NCBI GenBank assembly: GCA_965248445.1
Contig: CBDFJG010000002.1
Span: forward strand, 576,001-640,000
Direction: 5' to 3'
Source: Planctomycetota bacterium
GTDB taxonomy: Bacteria > Planctomycetota > JAJSAM01 > JAJVHW01
Length of the DNA stretch: 64,000 nucleotides
Under the pieces are notes generated by a model. The model was not told where the DNA came from, made no database searches, and saw nothing but the letters and a program-made list of their open reading frames with translations. How positions within the stretch are numbered: the first letter of the stretch is position 1; every line of letters begins with the position of its first letter. The position numbers were made by a program, and so were the translations under genes. Of the stretch, positions 17,352 through 28,676 are shown in pieces.

Positions 17352-18077
17352 GTGAGCGAGCCGCCGTCCCTGCCGGCCGCGCGCGTCTGTGCCGTCCTCG
17401 GCATGCACCGCAGCGGCACGAGCTTCCTCGCCGGGAGCCTGGAGGAGAAGGGTCTGGCCCTCGGGGACGTCTCGACCGAGGACCCGCACAACCGCCGGGG
17501 CAACCGCGAGCACCCGGACTTGATGCCACTTCACGACGGCGTGTTCGGGGAGAACGATGCCACCTGGAAGAAGCCGCCCCGGCGGCGGGTGACGTGGTCG
17601 CCGGCGCGCGAGGCTGCGCTCGCGGCGTTCATCGCACGCATGAACGGCCAGTACCGCGTTTGGGGCTTCAAGGACCCGCGGGCGCTCCTGCTCTTCGCGG
17701 AGTGGCGTCGCCAGGTGCCGCACCTCGAGCGGGTCGGGATCTACCGGCATCCGCTCGCGGTGCACCGCTCGCTCGCCTCGCGCAACCCGCGCTTCGATGA
17801 GAGGCGATCACTCAAGCTCTGGAAGGCCTACAACCAGGCACTCGTGGACGAGCACAAGCGCGCGCCGTTCCCGATCATGCGATTCGACGTCTCCGCCTCG
17901 CGCCTGCGTGACGACGTGGAGAGGCTCGTGAAGTCGCTCGACCTGCCGGATGCGGGCGCGACGGCGACGTTCTTCGATGCGTCTCTCGTCCACCAGTCCG
18001 ACGCCGCCGAGGAACCGGTCCCGCGGACGTGCCGCAAGCTGTGGGACTACCTCGAGGCGCAGGTCGGGGCGGTGTGA
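17352..18077 (+). CDS. Sulfotransferase family protein
   Basis: VLGMHRSGTS, WGFKDPR, YRHPLAV..SL..RN. Confidence 0.88.
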   Translation: MSEPPSLPAARVCAVLGMHRSGTSFLAGSLEEKGLALGDVSTEDPHNRRGNREHPDLMPLHDGVFGENDATWKKPPRRRVTWSPAREAALAAFIARMNGQYRVWGFKDPRALLLFAEWRRQVPHLERVGIYRHPLAVHRSLASRNPRFDERRSLKLWKAYNQALVDEHKRAPFPIMRFDVSASRLRDDVERLVKSLDLPDAGATATFFDASLVHQSDAAEEPVPRTCRKLWDYLEAQVGAV

Positions 18078-18940
18078 GCCGGCCGTTCCCGGGACGGCGG
18101 CGCATCCTCGCCGCGCCGCCGCGCCGCGAATCCAGCGGCAAGCGGTTCCTCGGTCTTCTCCTTTGCTACAACGACGACGACGTGCTCGCGCCGGTGCTCG
18201 AGCACCTGATCGCGAATCGTCATGACGTCGTCGTGCTGAACCACGGTAGCGACGATGACACGGACGCCATCGCACGCGCGTATCTCGGACGCGGTGTCAT
18301 CGACTACCAGTCGCTCGACCGCGACCAGGTCCCGTTCGCGGACCTGTACGGCATCGCCGGGCGCTACGTGCGGCAGCGCTATGGCGCGCGCTACGACTGG
18401 CTCTCGTGGCCGGACCAGGACGAGATCCTGGAGGGGCCCGATCTCACGCGGCCCTACCACGACCAGGTCTCGGAGTTGATGGCAGCCGGGCACGACTGGA
18501 TCGAGTTCGAGAACTTCGTGTTCTGGTTTACGCAGGCGGACGACGAGAGTGTCGTGGACCCCGTGGAACGCATTCGCCACTACAACCTCTACCAGTCCGC
18601 GTCACCACGCATCCGCGCGTGGCGCATGTCCTGCACCAACGAGCGCCGCATGGGGAACTCGAACCCGCCGGACGGCCGGAAGTCACCGGTGAACTTCCCG
18701 CTCCGCCACTACCCGATGCGCAGCGTCCAGCAGGCGCGGCGCCGCGCGGCGCACGATCGCAACCAGCCGGGCTTCCAGCGGGGCGACAAGAACTGGCACT
18801 ACGAGCGCTTCCGCGACGACGAGGGGACGATGCTCGTGCCGCCCGAGAAGCTCCATCGCTTCGACGGCGATCGACTCGACCCGACGATCACCTGGAACTT
18901 CTACGAGCGTCCCGAGCGGCTCGCGAGGTCGGAGGCATGA
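18074..18940 (+). CDS. Glycosyltransferase family 2-like (GT-A) protein
   Basis: CYNDDDVL, LNHGSDDDT, WLSWPDQDE, LRHYPMRS; GTGA overlap with upstream gene. Confidence 0.8.
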   Translation: MSRPFPGRRRILAAPPRRESSGKRFLGLLLCYNDDDVLAPVLEHLIANRHDVVVLNHGSDDDTDAIARAYLGRGVIDYQSLDRDQVPFADLYGIAGRYVRQRYGARYDWLSWPDQDEILEGPDLTRPYHDQVSELMAAGHDWIEFENFVFWFTQADDESVVDPVERIRHYNLYQSASPRIRAWRMSCTNERRMGNSNPPDGRKSPVNFPLRHYPMRSVQQARRRAAHDRNQPGFQRGDKNWHYERFRDDEGTMLVPPEKLHRFDGDRLDPTITWNFYERPERLARSEA

Positions 18941-19353
18941 GCCGGGCCGGCCGCTGGTCGCTGTCTGCGGCGCTGGCGCTCGTCGCTCTCTCCACGGTGG
19001 TGCTGCTGGCCTGCCGCAGCCGCACGGGTTTCGAGTGGCCGGACGAGGTCTGGGCCGGGTATCGGCCCGGCGCGGATTCGATGGCCGTTCGCGTGCGGCT
19101 CGTGCCGGAGGCCGACGATCTGATCGAGCTGGACGTGATCGGGAGCTCCACGGCGGTGCCCATCGGCGCACCGACACCGGCTGCGGACGACAGCGTCAAG
19201 ATCGAGATCGTGGGCTCCGACCGCTTCGCCGGCTCGGAGGGGCTTGCGGACCTGCTCGACGTCGGGACGGAGACCCGGCAGTACGACCGCGTGGACGCGG
19301 CGCCGGTCCTGCGCGATCACATGGAGTGGTGGCTGTACCGCCTGCGGGAGTAG
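18937..19353 (+). CDS. Hypothetical lipoprotein
   Basis: GGAGG RBS, ATGA overlap, lipobox LLAC. Confidence 0.6.
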   Translation: MSRAGRWSLSAALALVALSTVVLLACRSRTGFEWPDEVWAGYRPGADSMAVRVRLVPEADDLIELDVIGSSTAVPIGAPTPAADDSVKIEIVGSDRFAGSEGLADLLDVGTETRQYDRVDAAPVLRDHMEWWLYRLRE

Positions 19354-19428
19354 TGCGGCTATGATCCGGCCCCCGCGGAAACGCGCAGGGCAAGGTGACG
19401 GCGCAGAACGGGGAGCGAGGGCAGAGTC

Positions 19429-19809
19429 ATGAACGACCATCGGCCGGTTGCGCTGAACCACATCCACCTGACCGCCGAGGATCCCGTCGCGGAGATCGAG
19501 TTCCTGTGTGACGTGCTCGGCTTCCGGCGCGACCCGTCGCTGCCCGGGTTCGTGTGGCTCGGCAACATGCAACTGGCGGTGACCAAGGGAGAGCGCGTCA
19601 AGAACCCGCGCTTCCACCTCGGCTTCCGAATGGACAGCAAGCAGGCCGTGGACGGCCTTCGCGAGCACCTGCGCGAGATGGGGGTCGCGACCAGCGACCC
19701 GTTCGCCAACGGCAGCTACTACTCGTGCCACTTCAACGGTCCCGCCGGCTACCAGTTCGAGGTGTACGCCGACGCCGGGATCCCGGCACTCGGTACGCTG
19801 ACGGAGTAG
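19429..19809 (+). CDS. VOC (glyoxalase/bleomycin resistance) family protein
   Basis: LNHIHL, VLGF, FHLGF, PAGYQFEV. Confidence 0.85.
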   Translation: MNDHRPVALNHIHLTAEDPVAEIEFLCDVLGFRRDPSLPGFVWLGNMQLAVTKGERVKNPRFHLGFRMDSKQAVDGLREHLREMGVATSDPFANGSYYSCHFNGPAGYQFEVYADAGIPALGTLTE

Positions 19810-19813
19810 CTGC

Positions 19814-21142
19814 GTGCGGCGGGTGCTCAGCGTCGCCGCCCTGCTATGCGTGGCCGTCGCGCCAAGCGCACGCGCCCAGGAACCGCTCGTCGCTGCCGTC
19901 GAGAAAACCCTCGAGAACGGTCTGCAGGTCCTGGTCCACGAAGATCACGACATCCCGAACGTCGCGCTCTATGTGTTCTGGCGTGTCGGCTCGCGCAACG
20001 AACGGCCCGGCATCACCGGCATCGCCCACATGTTCGAGCACATGATGTTCATGGGCGGGCGCAAGTACGGGAGGGACTTCGACCCGACCATGGAAGCGGC
20101 CGGCGGCTCGAACAACGCGTACACATCGAACGACGTGACCGTCTACCAGGACTGGTTCCCGAGCAGCGCACTCCCGCTGATCGTGGACATGGAAGCCGAT
20201 CGCATGAGCGGCATGGTGTTCGACCCGGACACAGTCGAGTCCGAGCGCGGTGTCGTGGCGAGTGAGCGAAGGCTCAACATGGAGGAGCCCTCCGAGGTGA
20301 TGCGCGAGCAGCTGTGGGCCGCCGCGTACACCGCCCATCCGTACCAGTGGAGCGTGCTCGGCTGGATGGTGGACATCGAGAACTGGACCAAGAAGGACCT
20401 CGAGGACTTCTTCGCGACGCACTACGCGCCGCAGAACGCGACGATGGTGATCGTCGGTGACGTCACGCCCGAGAAGGCGTTCGCGCTCGTCGAGGAGAAG
20501 ATGGGCGGCATCCCGCGAGGGCGCGAGCGGCCCGAGGTGACGACAACTGAGCCAGAGCAGAAGGGTGAGCGGCGCGTCACCGTCGAGAACGCGAGCGCCA
20601 ACGTCCCGCAACTGATGTCGGCGTGGCACATCCCGGCGACGGGGCACACGGACTTCGCCGTGGTCGCGGTGCTGGAACGCATTCTGATGCACGGCCGCAG
20701 CTCGCGGCTGCACCGCCTGCTCGTCGAGGACAAGCGTGTCTGCATCAGCGTCGGCGGCGGCTTTCAGGGGCATCAGTTCGATCCGAGCCTGTTCACCGTC
20801 GACAGCGTCGTGGTGAGCGGCGGCGACACGGCCGCGGTCGAGAAGCTCGTGTACGCAGAGCTCGACCGACTGGCCGAGAGTGGTCCGGGCGCGGAGGAAC
20901 TCGCCGCTGCGAAGACGAAGCTCCGCGCGAACCTCGTGCGCCGCATGAAGACCATCGCGGGCAAGGCGGAACTGCTCGGCGAGAGCGAGGTCTTCTTCGG
21001 CGGGTGGGAGAACGTTCGCATGCGTCTCGATGCTCTCGCCGCCGTCACGAAGGAGGACGTGCAGCGGGTCCTCCGCACGTACTTCACGAAGCGCAACCGC
21101 ACGGTCTGCACGCTGGTCCCGACCTCGGGAGACGACGAGTGA
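19814..21142 (+). CDS. M16B family zinc peptidase, catalytic subunit (secreted)
   Basis: Signal peptide; TLENGL, VGSRNE..GITGIAHMFEHMMF (HXXEH), NAYTS. Confidence 0.92.
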   Translation: MRRVLSVAALLCVAVAPSARAQEPLVAAVEKTLENGLQVLVHEDHDIPNVALYVFWRVGSRNERPGITGIAHMFEHMMFMGGRKYGRDFDPTMEAAGGSNNAYTSNDVTVYQDWFPSSALPLIVDMEADRMSGMVFDPDTVESERGVVASERRLNMEEPSEVMREQLWAAAYTAHPYQWSVLGWMVDIENWTKKDLEDFFATHYAPQNATMVIVGDVTPEKAFALVEEKMGGIPRGRERPEVTTTEPEQKGERRVTVENASANVPQLMSAWHIPATGHTDFAVVAVLERILMHGRSSRLHRLLVEDKRVCISVGGGFQGHQFDPSLFTVDSVVVSGGDTAAVEKLVYAELDRLAESGPGAEELAAAKTKLRANLVRRMKTIAGKAELLGESEVFFGGWENVRMRLDALAAVTKEDVQRVLRTYFTKRNRTVCTLVPTSGDDE

Positions 21143-22589
21143 AGGGCGCCGTGCCGTTCTCGCTGTTGATCCTCACACTCGTTGCGTGCGGGGAAGACCC
21201 GGCCGCCGCTCAGGATGCGCCGGACGGAACCACGATCGCGGTTGATTCGCCTGCTCCCGGGGCGCCCGAGCCACGCATCGAATTGCCCGTCCCCGAGGAG
21301 ATCGTCCTCGATAACGGCGTTCGGTTGTGGATGCTGCCGGACCGTGAGGTGCCGCTGGTCAACATCGAGGTTCGCGTGGACGCCGGCGCCGCCGGTGACG
21401 GCTTCGAGAAGGCCGGCCGCGCAGCGCTGCTGGCCGAGATGCTCCGCCGGGGCGCCGGGGAGCGCGACGCACGTGCGTTCGAAGCCGCGATCGACGTGCG
21501 CGGCGGCGAATTCTCGATCGCCGCGTGGCCCCGCGAGACACGCATTTCGTGCGAGTTCCTCGCCGAGGACACGGCGCTTGCGATCGGACTGGTCGGCGAC
21601 GTGCTCACCGCGCCTCGCTTCGACGCCGGCGAGTTCGCAAAGGCGCGGCAGCAGATGCTGGACCGGCTGGCGGCCGCCCGTGACGCGCCGAACCGCATCA
21701 TCGATGCGTACTGGCGCGCGTGGATGCACCCGCACGACTGGGGCGTCCCGGCGAGCGGGACCGAGTTGTCACTTGCGTCGATGACCCTCGACGATGTGAA
21801 GACCGCGTTCCGTCTCTTCGACGGCGACGCCACGGTCGTGGCGGTCGCGGGAGCCTTCGACCCCGAGGTCGTGCGCGCCCAGGTGCGTGCGGTGTTCGGC
21901 AAGCTGCCGGCTCGCAGCGTGGGGGGGCGGCGCGCCGTGGAGCCCGGGCCCATCGGCAGGGGCGTCCTGCTTGTCGACAAGCCCGACGCGCTCCAGACGT
22001 ACATGAGATTCGGCGGAGCGGGCATGACGGGACCCACCCGTCCTATCCGGCCCGCTTCCTCGCGAACACCGTGCTGGGAGCCCGCTTCACGAGCCGTCTG
22101 AACACGGCGCTTCGCATCGAATCCGGCCTGACCTACGGCGCCCGCTCCGCGTTCGACGATGAGCGCAGCGGCTCGTTCTCGGTGCGGACGTTCACGGAAA
22201 CGTCCCGCAGCAAGGAGACCATCGACCTGGCGCGCGCCACGGTGTCGAAGTTCGTCGAGTCCGGCCTGACACAGGAAGAACTCGACTCCGCGAAGGCGTA
22301 CGTGATGGGCCAGTACGCGCCCGACAACCTCGAGACGGTCGAACAGCGGGTCGCGACCCTGCTCGACTTGCACGCCTTCGGCCTGCCGCGCACACACGTC
22401 GAAGGCCTGTTCGCGCGTCTCGCAGCGCTGTCGCTGGATGACGTGAACTCCGTCATCAAGAAGCACTTCCCCGCAGCGCCATGGACCTGGGTGCTGATCG
22501 GCCAGGCCGGTACGCTGCGTCCGATCGCGAAGGAACTCGGCGACGTGACCGAGATCAAGCTGTCGGATCCGGGATTCGGGCCGCGCTGA
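21139..22589 (+). pseudogene. M16B partner (non-catalytic) subunit, lipoprotein, with a single-base frameshift near 22027 (possibly a sequencing error)
   Basis: LVAC lipobox, LDNGV, no HXXEH; reading continues in the -1 frame as THPSYPA..SRLNTALRIESGLTYGA (R/Y motif). Confidence 0.75.
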
Positions 22590-23327
22590 TCAGAGCGCCG
22601 CGCGGACGTCCTCTTCGAGTTCTGCCGCGAGCGCCTTCCGATCCTCTCCGCGCCGGGCCGGGAGGACCGCGATCTCGCACGTCACGCGGCCGAGCCGCGA
22701 CAGGCGGTACACGTGGGACGGGAAGGGCGTGCCGTCATGCCACGACACGTTCCCCGCGATCGGGACGCCCGGGCTGTCGGGCAGTGCATAGCGCAGCCGA
22801 AGTGGAACGGCCGGCGAATCGGTGACGACCGCGGCCTCGACGAGCGACGAGCGGAACGGGCGCAGTTCGTCGCCGGGGCCGGCCCGGCCCTCGAGGAACA
22901 CGACCACGTTGACCCCGTGCTCGAGCGCCCGCTCGACGTCCCCCGCGGCCCGCTGCGTGTCCCGCCGGCGCTCCCGTTCGAGGAAGATCGTCCCCGCGAT
23001 CCGCGCCAGCGGCCCGAGCAGTGGCCAGCCCGAGACGTCCGCCCGTGACACGAACGCCACCGGCCCGAGGGTGCCGAGGGCCAGGATGTCCAGGTAGCTG
23101 ACGTGATTGGGACAGAGGAGCGCGGCCCCGCCGGGGAGGTCCCCGGTGCGGGAGACCCGCAGCCCCAGCGAGAACGCCATCATCCGCGCCCAGTGGTGGG
23201 TGACCCGTGCCCGCAGCCTCCGTCCGAGCCTGCGGTGCACGAGACCGATGACCCACGCCAGCATGACCGGCGGGGCGGCCAGCAAGGTGACCAGCGGTGC
23301 GCCCAGGAAGCGGAGCAGCCCCCTCAT
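22590..23327 (-). CDS. 1-acyl-sn-glycerol-3-phosphate (lysophospholipid) acyltransferase, PlsC family
   Basis: NHVSYLD (HX4D), FVSRADVSGWPLLG, GTIFLER, FLEG. Confidence 0.9.
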   Translation of the reverse strand: MRGLLRFLGAPLVTLLAAPPVMLAWVIGLVHRRLGRRLRARVTHHWARMMAFSLGLRVSRTGDLPGGAALLCPNHVSYLDILALGTLGPVAFVSRADVSGWPLLGPLARIAGTIFLERERRRDTQRAAGDVERALEHGVNVVVFLEGRAGPGDELRPFRSSLVEAAVVTDSPAVPLRLRYALPDSPGVPIAGNVSWHDGTPFPSHVYRLSRLGRVTCEIAVLPARRGEDRKALAAELEEDVRAAL

Positions 23328-23528
23328 CGAGAGGTCTCCTTGCCGCCGGCCACCACGGGCCGGCATCGCTGCGGTACACTCAGGCTCACGACGGACAGTG
23401 AATCACGCCTGTCCGCCCAGAGTGAAGCGCAGAGTGAAGCAGAGAGGGTAGGGACCATCCCGGCCAGTAGACCTGCCGGAGATTCCGGACTGGGGGACTG
23501 TCCGCAGCGACGGTCCATCGCAGCCTAG

Positions 23529-25224
23529 CCCGCACTATTCATGACGACGCTCGCGATGGCGTCCCTCGGCCGGTCCGAGCGCCCGGGCGCTCGACTTGCG
23601 GCGTTCACCGAGGTCGGCGGGGTCTCGGACGGCGGGATCTTCGTTCCGAGGGGGCGTTCAAGTCCATTTGCCGCCGCGCGGACGAGGTCTGGACGGACCG
23701 GTAGCCGGAAGCGTGTCGTTCTTCTGGCCATCGGCTGCGCTCAGACCGGCGCAGCGCCGAGCCTTCGCGCGACGCGGCACCACAGCTCGCGCCATGGGCA
23801 GGCCGCCGCGAGATGCACGACGACGCGGCGCACCGATTCCACGACGCGGGCGCCGATCTTGAGCAGCCGTTCGCGGATCGTGTGCACCTGCCAGACTGCG
23901 GCCGTGGTGCCGCGCAACTGGTAGCGTAACTCCTGGAAGAGTACGTAGGCCGCCGCGGTCATCAGCACGCGGAACTGGTTCGCCAGGAAGCTCGAGTTGC
24001 TCGTGCGATCCACCGCCAGGCCACCCTTGAGTTCCTTGATGCGGTTCTCGGCGTCGCCGCGACCGCAGTAGGTCTTGCAGTAGGTCGTCTCGGGCTTGTA
24101 GCTGCGCGAGACGTTGGTGACCACGAAGCGCGCGTTGTCCTTGTTCACCTTCCCGGTGGCGACCAGCACTTACGCCTTGAAGACCACGCGGCGGGACCTG
24201 CTCCAGCTCTTCGCCCGGTACTCGCAGTCGCCGTAGATCTGCGCCGTCTTGTCTTCCATCGCCGCCAGCACCGCAGCCGCTGTCATCTCGGCGTCGCACA
24301 GATCCAGGAGCCGCTTGTTCTTGGGCATCCCGACCACGTACTTCACGCCGAGTTCGTCCAGCGCGTCGAAGAGCCGCGAGCCGGCGAAGCCGCTGTCCAG
24401 GCGCACGAGGATCTGCGTGCGCGGAAACGCACGCCGAAGTCGCTTCACCATCCGGCGGATCGTCCGCAGCGACGTGCGGCCCTCCTTCGCGTTGCCCGGC
24501 CGCAGCCGCGCACAGAAAAGGTACTGCTCCGGATCGCCGTCGACCGTGAGGAAGCCGAAAACCGGCAGGTAGCACCACGTGTCGTAGAAGCCGTTGAAGA
24601 GCGCTCCCTGCTGTGCACCGTGGGTCGGGTCACAGCTCGGGTCCATGTCGATCGTGATGCGCCGGGCCCCCCGGTGGCGAGCGCAAAGACGCTCGATCAC
24701 GTCCTCCTCGAGCTTGCGCGACAAGGCCACGAGCTCGTGCGCCGTGACCGCGTTCTCGAAGCGCGACAGCGTCGCCTGAGACGCCAGGTCGGCGCCCTTG
24801 ATCGGCGCGCGGCCCGTGACCCCCTTGAGCATCGGGTCGGTGCCCACGCGAGCCGCGTCGTTCTGGTCGCTGTAGCCCAGGCCGATCGAGAAGACGCGCT
24901 GCCGAAAGAGCTCCTCCAACGAGTGCTGCACCCGCGTCGGGTCACGACGATCCACCAACAGCGCAGCCAGACCTGCGGTCACTCCCATTCGACGGTCCAC
25001 CGCGCGCAGCAGTCCCGCGCCTCCCTCGGACGTGTGCGCTTCGCCGTCGAACACGGCCGTGGTGACCTTCCCGAAGAGATCGGGAAACCGGACAGTGTGT
25101 GGGGTAGAATTCGTCACTCGGGCGTACCTCTCGCATCTGTGTAACTATTGCTCTAACAACAGTTTATGCAATGCGCGGTGCGCCCGAATCTACGTTCCGG
25201 GCGTGGCATGATGAATTATGCAGG
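23529..25224 (-). mobile_element. IS1380 family insertion sequence, 1696 bp
   Basis: Imperfect terminal IRs CCCGCACTATTCAT / CCTGCATAATTCAT; CTAG on both flanks (23525-28, 25225-28). Confidence 0.88.
23741..25117 (-). pseudogene. IS1380 transposase interrupted by an in-frame TAA at 24170-24172
   Basis: TSEGG, ASQATLSRFEN, IDMD..D.THGAQ, RLDSGF, YCGRGDAENRIKELK; the two ORFs are in the same frame and abut. Confidence 0.9.
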
Positions 25225-27062
25225 CTAGAGCCGGTGAGGCGAGTTCCCGAGACCCACTCTGCGAGACCCGGGGCTTCAGACCGGGTTCAGATCTTCGTTA
25301 CAAAATCACGTAACGCACCTCCCTCCGGCCCTGAGTCAGGGGTGAGGATCGCCACCACGGAAGAGGTACGGGTGAACAGGCTGGACGACGGCACGCTCTA
25401 TGAGCGCTGGCTCGAGAACCGCGACGCGGATGCGTTCGCGGAGCTCGCGCACAGACACACGCCGGTTGTCTATGACCTCGCCGTCCGGGCCTCTGGGGAT
25501 CGTGTTCTCGCAGAGGACATGGTCCAGGAGGCGCTCCTCGACCTGGCGCAGGCCGGAACACGCAAGCCCATCGATGTCGGAGTCGTGGCCTGGTTGGCCC
25601 GCTTCGCCCTCTGCCGCTCGCGCAACGCTCTCTCCTCGGAGAAGAGCCGCACGCGAAGACAGCGGATCGTGGGCGAGCGTCGGCGGGAGGTTGACATGCC
25701 AAACGAAAAGCTCGCCACCAACGACGAGCTCGCGCATGCCCTCTCGCATGCCGAACCAGAGGAACGCACGATTCTCGCGATGCGTTACCTGCACGATTGG
25801 GACTACCGCGAAATCGCGGCGGCCCTCTCGGTCTCGCAGGGCGCGGCGAGGGTACGCGTGCACAGGGCACTCACGTCCGTCCGGGAACGTCTCGGAGTGG
25901 ACCGTTCACGAAGCGCGACTCCCGCGGCACTCGCCGCGGTGCCGCTCTTCGCACTGCCCGAAGGGTTCCTCGAACAGGCCGTTGCGAACGCCGTGCAGTC
26001 GGTGCCGGTCCCCATGGGACAGTCACCGGCGCCTTCGACGTCGCGCTTCGGCAAGGTCTGGCGGACTCCGGCCCTCACGCTCGGTCTCGTCTCGGCGCTC
26101 ACCGCGGTGGCTCTTGTCGCCGCGGATCCGAGTGCGATCGGCACGCTCACCGGAGATGGTGATCTCGCGGGCCTGATCGCGTTCCTGGACGGCGACGTTC
26201 TGCGTCACCGCGCGGGCACCGGGGGTGGAGCCGACGGAAACGTGCTGGCCGTGCCGCGTCCTCCCGATTGGGAAGACGGCGTGCTCGTCCGGCTCGGCCG
26301 TGACCGCGACGCGCGTGAGCGCGTAGGGGACTCCGCCACCGGGAAGACCGCATCCACGAAGAGTGTCCCGCAGGACGAGAACCGGGCCGTGCGCCAGGGC
26401 GACGACAAGTTGCCTCTGGAAGTGCTCCGCCCGATATCGCGGGACGTGCGTGCTGCGACGCGCGTGTCCGTCTCGTCTGTAGACGAGCGGGCGGGCACTT
26501 TCGGAGGCCGCACGATCGCCACGCGGCGCATGACAGAGAGTGGCGATGAGGGCGCCAAGGCGGCCCCGGACGCGGTCGCCGACCACAACCCACCCCGGCA
26601 TGCCTGCCAACCTGGTCGCACCGGATCTCACACGCACTCGCAACCGCCGCCGCTCGGACATCGATACGGTCCCGATCGTCGACTTGGACGAGGACCAGCG
26701 GGTCCTCATCGATCAGGCCGCGGCCATCGTGCGCGAACTGGTCGTAGCCGACGGCGGCGACCTGACCGCGCTGGCCGACAGCGACCGGGCACGCAAGCGC
26801 GAGGCGCGTCAACTCAAGAGGCAGTTCAAGGACTGGCGTCGCGAGTTGCACGAGATGGAAGACGCCGACGCCGACGCGACTCCGACTGAGCGCGCGTCAC
26901 GCGCTCAGTCGCTGCGCGTCATCAACTTCCTCATGAACGTCGTTCTCGCCGACGGCCAGACCGCCGGCGACATCGAGTGGCCCGACGGGGCCGACTGGGT
27001 GCTCGCGCTCGAGCACGTCGTGCAGGTCTTCGAGAACGCCGGCGAAGAGGGCTGGCTCCCGG

Positions 27063-28594
27063 GTACCCGTTCAGGGTATGACGATCCGCGGCCTCAGCGC
27101 GTGATCGGGAGCGCGACGAGAGCCGGCGGCGAGCGGTTGTGCGCGAGTGCCGCGCTGACGTCTGCGAGGTAATCGAAGACGCTCTCGCCACGCTGGCGGA
27201 GCGTGGCGGTGACGGTCAGGATGCGCTCGACGAAGCGGAGTCCGCGCTCGCTCTGACTTCCGTGCGTTGCGCGTCTCCACAGGACCGGCTTGCGCACCGC
27301 GCGCTCAGCGGCGTTGTTCGTCGGGGAGACGCCAGGGACGTCGGCGAAGGTCCACAGAGCCTCCGCTCGGTCGAGCAGATGCCGAGTCGTTCCGCGTACT
27401 CGGCGGTGCTTGCTGTCTGCGCCGCGCACGAGCAGCGTCAGGAGTCGGTCCCATGTGAGACGCAGCTCACGCCGCATGCGGTCGCGGTCCCCGTGCTCGC
27501 CGAAGTGACGCTGAGCTCGCATGACAGCCTGGGCGAGACGCACGGCCTGCTTGCCGAAGCGCCGGCCGCCGCGCGAGCCCTCGGCCAGCGCTCGAAAGTC
27601 CCTCTCGAGATGCGCCCAGCAGATCTGGCGGCGCTCGGTGGGATGCTGGTCGTAAGCGCCCATACGGTCGGTCACGAGGACGCCCCTGAAGCGCTTGCCC
27701 ACGAGTCGCCGCATGGCCTTGGCGCTCCTGCGCCGATCGATACGATGGACCGTGGCGTGCTCACAGACCGCGCTCCACAGCCAATGCAGCGTGCCACGAC
27801 GCGACCACGGTGTCTCGTCTACATAGGCGACGCTGCTCGTGCGTACGGCCCCGAGGGCCTCGATGTGCGCTGAGGAGATGGCTCCCGACACCCGCTCCTC
27901 GATCGCACTGACCGTGCCCGGTGACATCGAGACGCCGATGACGTCACGCAACAGACGACTGGTCTCGCGCCGCGACAGGCGGAAGACGCCGACCAGAGCC
28001 GCGGTGAGCGCACAGAGTCGCGGGCCGAAGGGACTCGCCGTCACACCGCTTGGCAGCGAGGCAGTGGACGTGGCGCCACAGTCCGTGCACCGTGCCCGGT
28101 GCAACCGGTGCTCGGTCACCTGGATCAGCCGTGGCGGGACCTCGAAGACCTGCTGGCGTGTCGGGGCGCGATCGATCGGGACGAGCACGTCGCTCCCACA
28201 CGCGCTGCACTCGCGCGGGCGGTGGTCCTCTACGCCATCGACCTCGGACTCGTCCACGAGCTTGCGCGTCGCCCCTTTGTGGCCGGGCTGCGCACCCTGG
28301 CGCTTGTCCGACGGCGGCTTGCGCCGCCGCCGCTTCTTGGACCACGACGGATCCGAGGACGGTGGGCGCGAGGAGGTGCGGGAGTCCCGGCGAAGACGGC
28401 TCTCGAGATCGTCGATCCGTGCCGCCTGCCGCTCGATCACCTCCGCCTGCTCGGCAATCGTCTCGTCCCGAGCGTCCAGACGACGGGTCAGGCGCTCGAC
28501 CAGATCACGCAGCTCATCGGTGCCCACATCCGATTCATCGACCGAACGGAAAGCGATCTGGATCCGAGCTCAGAACCAAGGGCTGAACGGGTAC
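27063..28594 (-). mobile_element. IS66 family insertion sequence, single-ORF (ISBst12-like) type, 1532 bp
   Basis: Perfect 12-bp terminal IR GTACCCGTTCAG; 8-bp target duplication GCTCCCGG (27055-62, 28595-602). Confidence 0.95.
27094..28527 (-). CDS. IS66 transposase (TnpC-like), intact
   Basis: SSRPPSSD, GAQPGHKG, CxxC zinc finger, YVDET, QICWAHLER, TNNAAERAVR. Confidence 0.95.
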   Translation of the reverse strand: MGTDELRDLVERLTRRLDARDETIAEQAEVIERQAARIDDLESRLRRDSRTSSRPPSSDPSWSKKRRRRKPPSDKRQGAQPGHKGATRKLVDESEVDGVEDHRPRECSACGSDVLVPIDRAPTRQQVFEVPPRLIQVTEHRLHRARCTDCGATSTASLPSGVTASPFGPRLCALTAALVGVFRLSRRETSRLLRDVIGVSMSPGTVSAIEERVSGAISSAHIEALGAVRTSSVAYVDETPWSRRGTLHWLWSAVCEHATVHRIDRRRSAKAMRRLVGKRFRGVLVTDRMGAYDQHPTERRQICWAHLERDFRALAEGSRGGRRFGKQAVRLAQAVMRAQRHFGEHGDRDRMRRELRLTWDRLLTLLVRGADSKHRRVRGTTRHLLDRAEALWTFADVPGVSPTNNAAERAVRKPVLWRRATHGSQSERGLRFVERILTVTATLRQRGESVFDYLADVSAALAHNRSPPALVALPITR

Positions 28595-28676
28595 GCTCCC
28601 GGAGGGCGCGGTGCTTCCGGAGGGTGCCACGCCGGACGGCGATGACGCCGACCCGCAGCCGATGCCCCCGAGTGTC

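Noticed and set aside
23418..23444. Short CAGAGTGAAG repeats upstream of the acyltransferase as an operator
   Set aside because: Two and a half irregularly spaced copies, with no cognate regulator identifiable.
24170..24172. Programmed readthrough or recoding in the IS1380 transposase
   Set aside because: TAA is used as a normal stop elsewhere in the window and IS1380 transposases are single ORFs; a point mutation or error is simpler.
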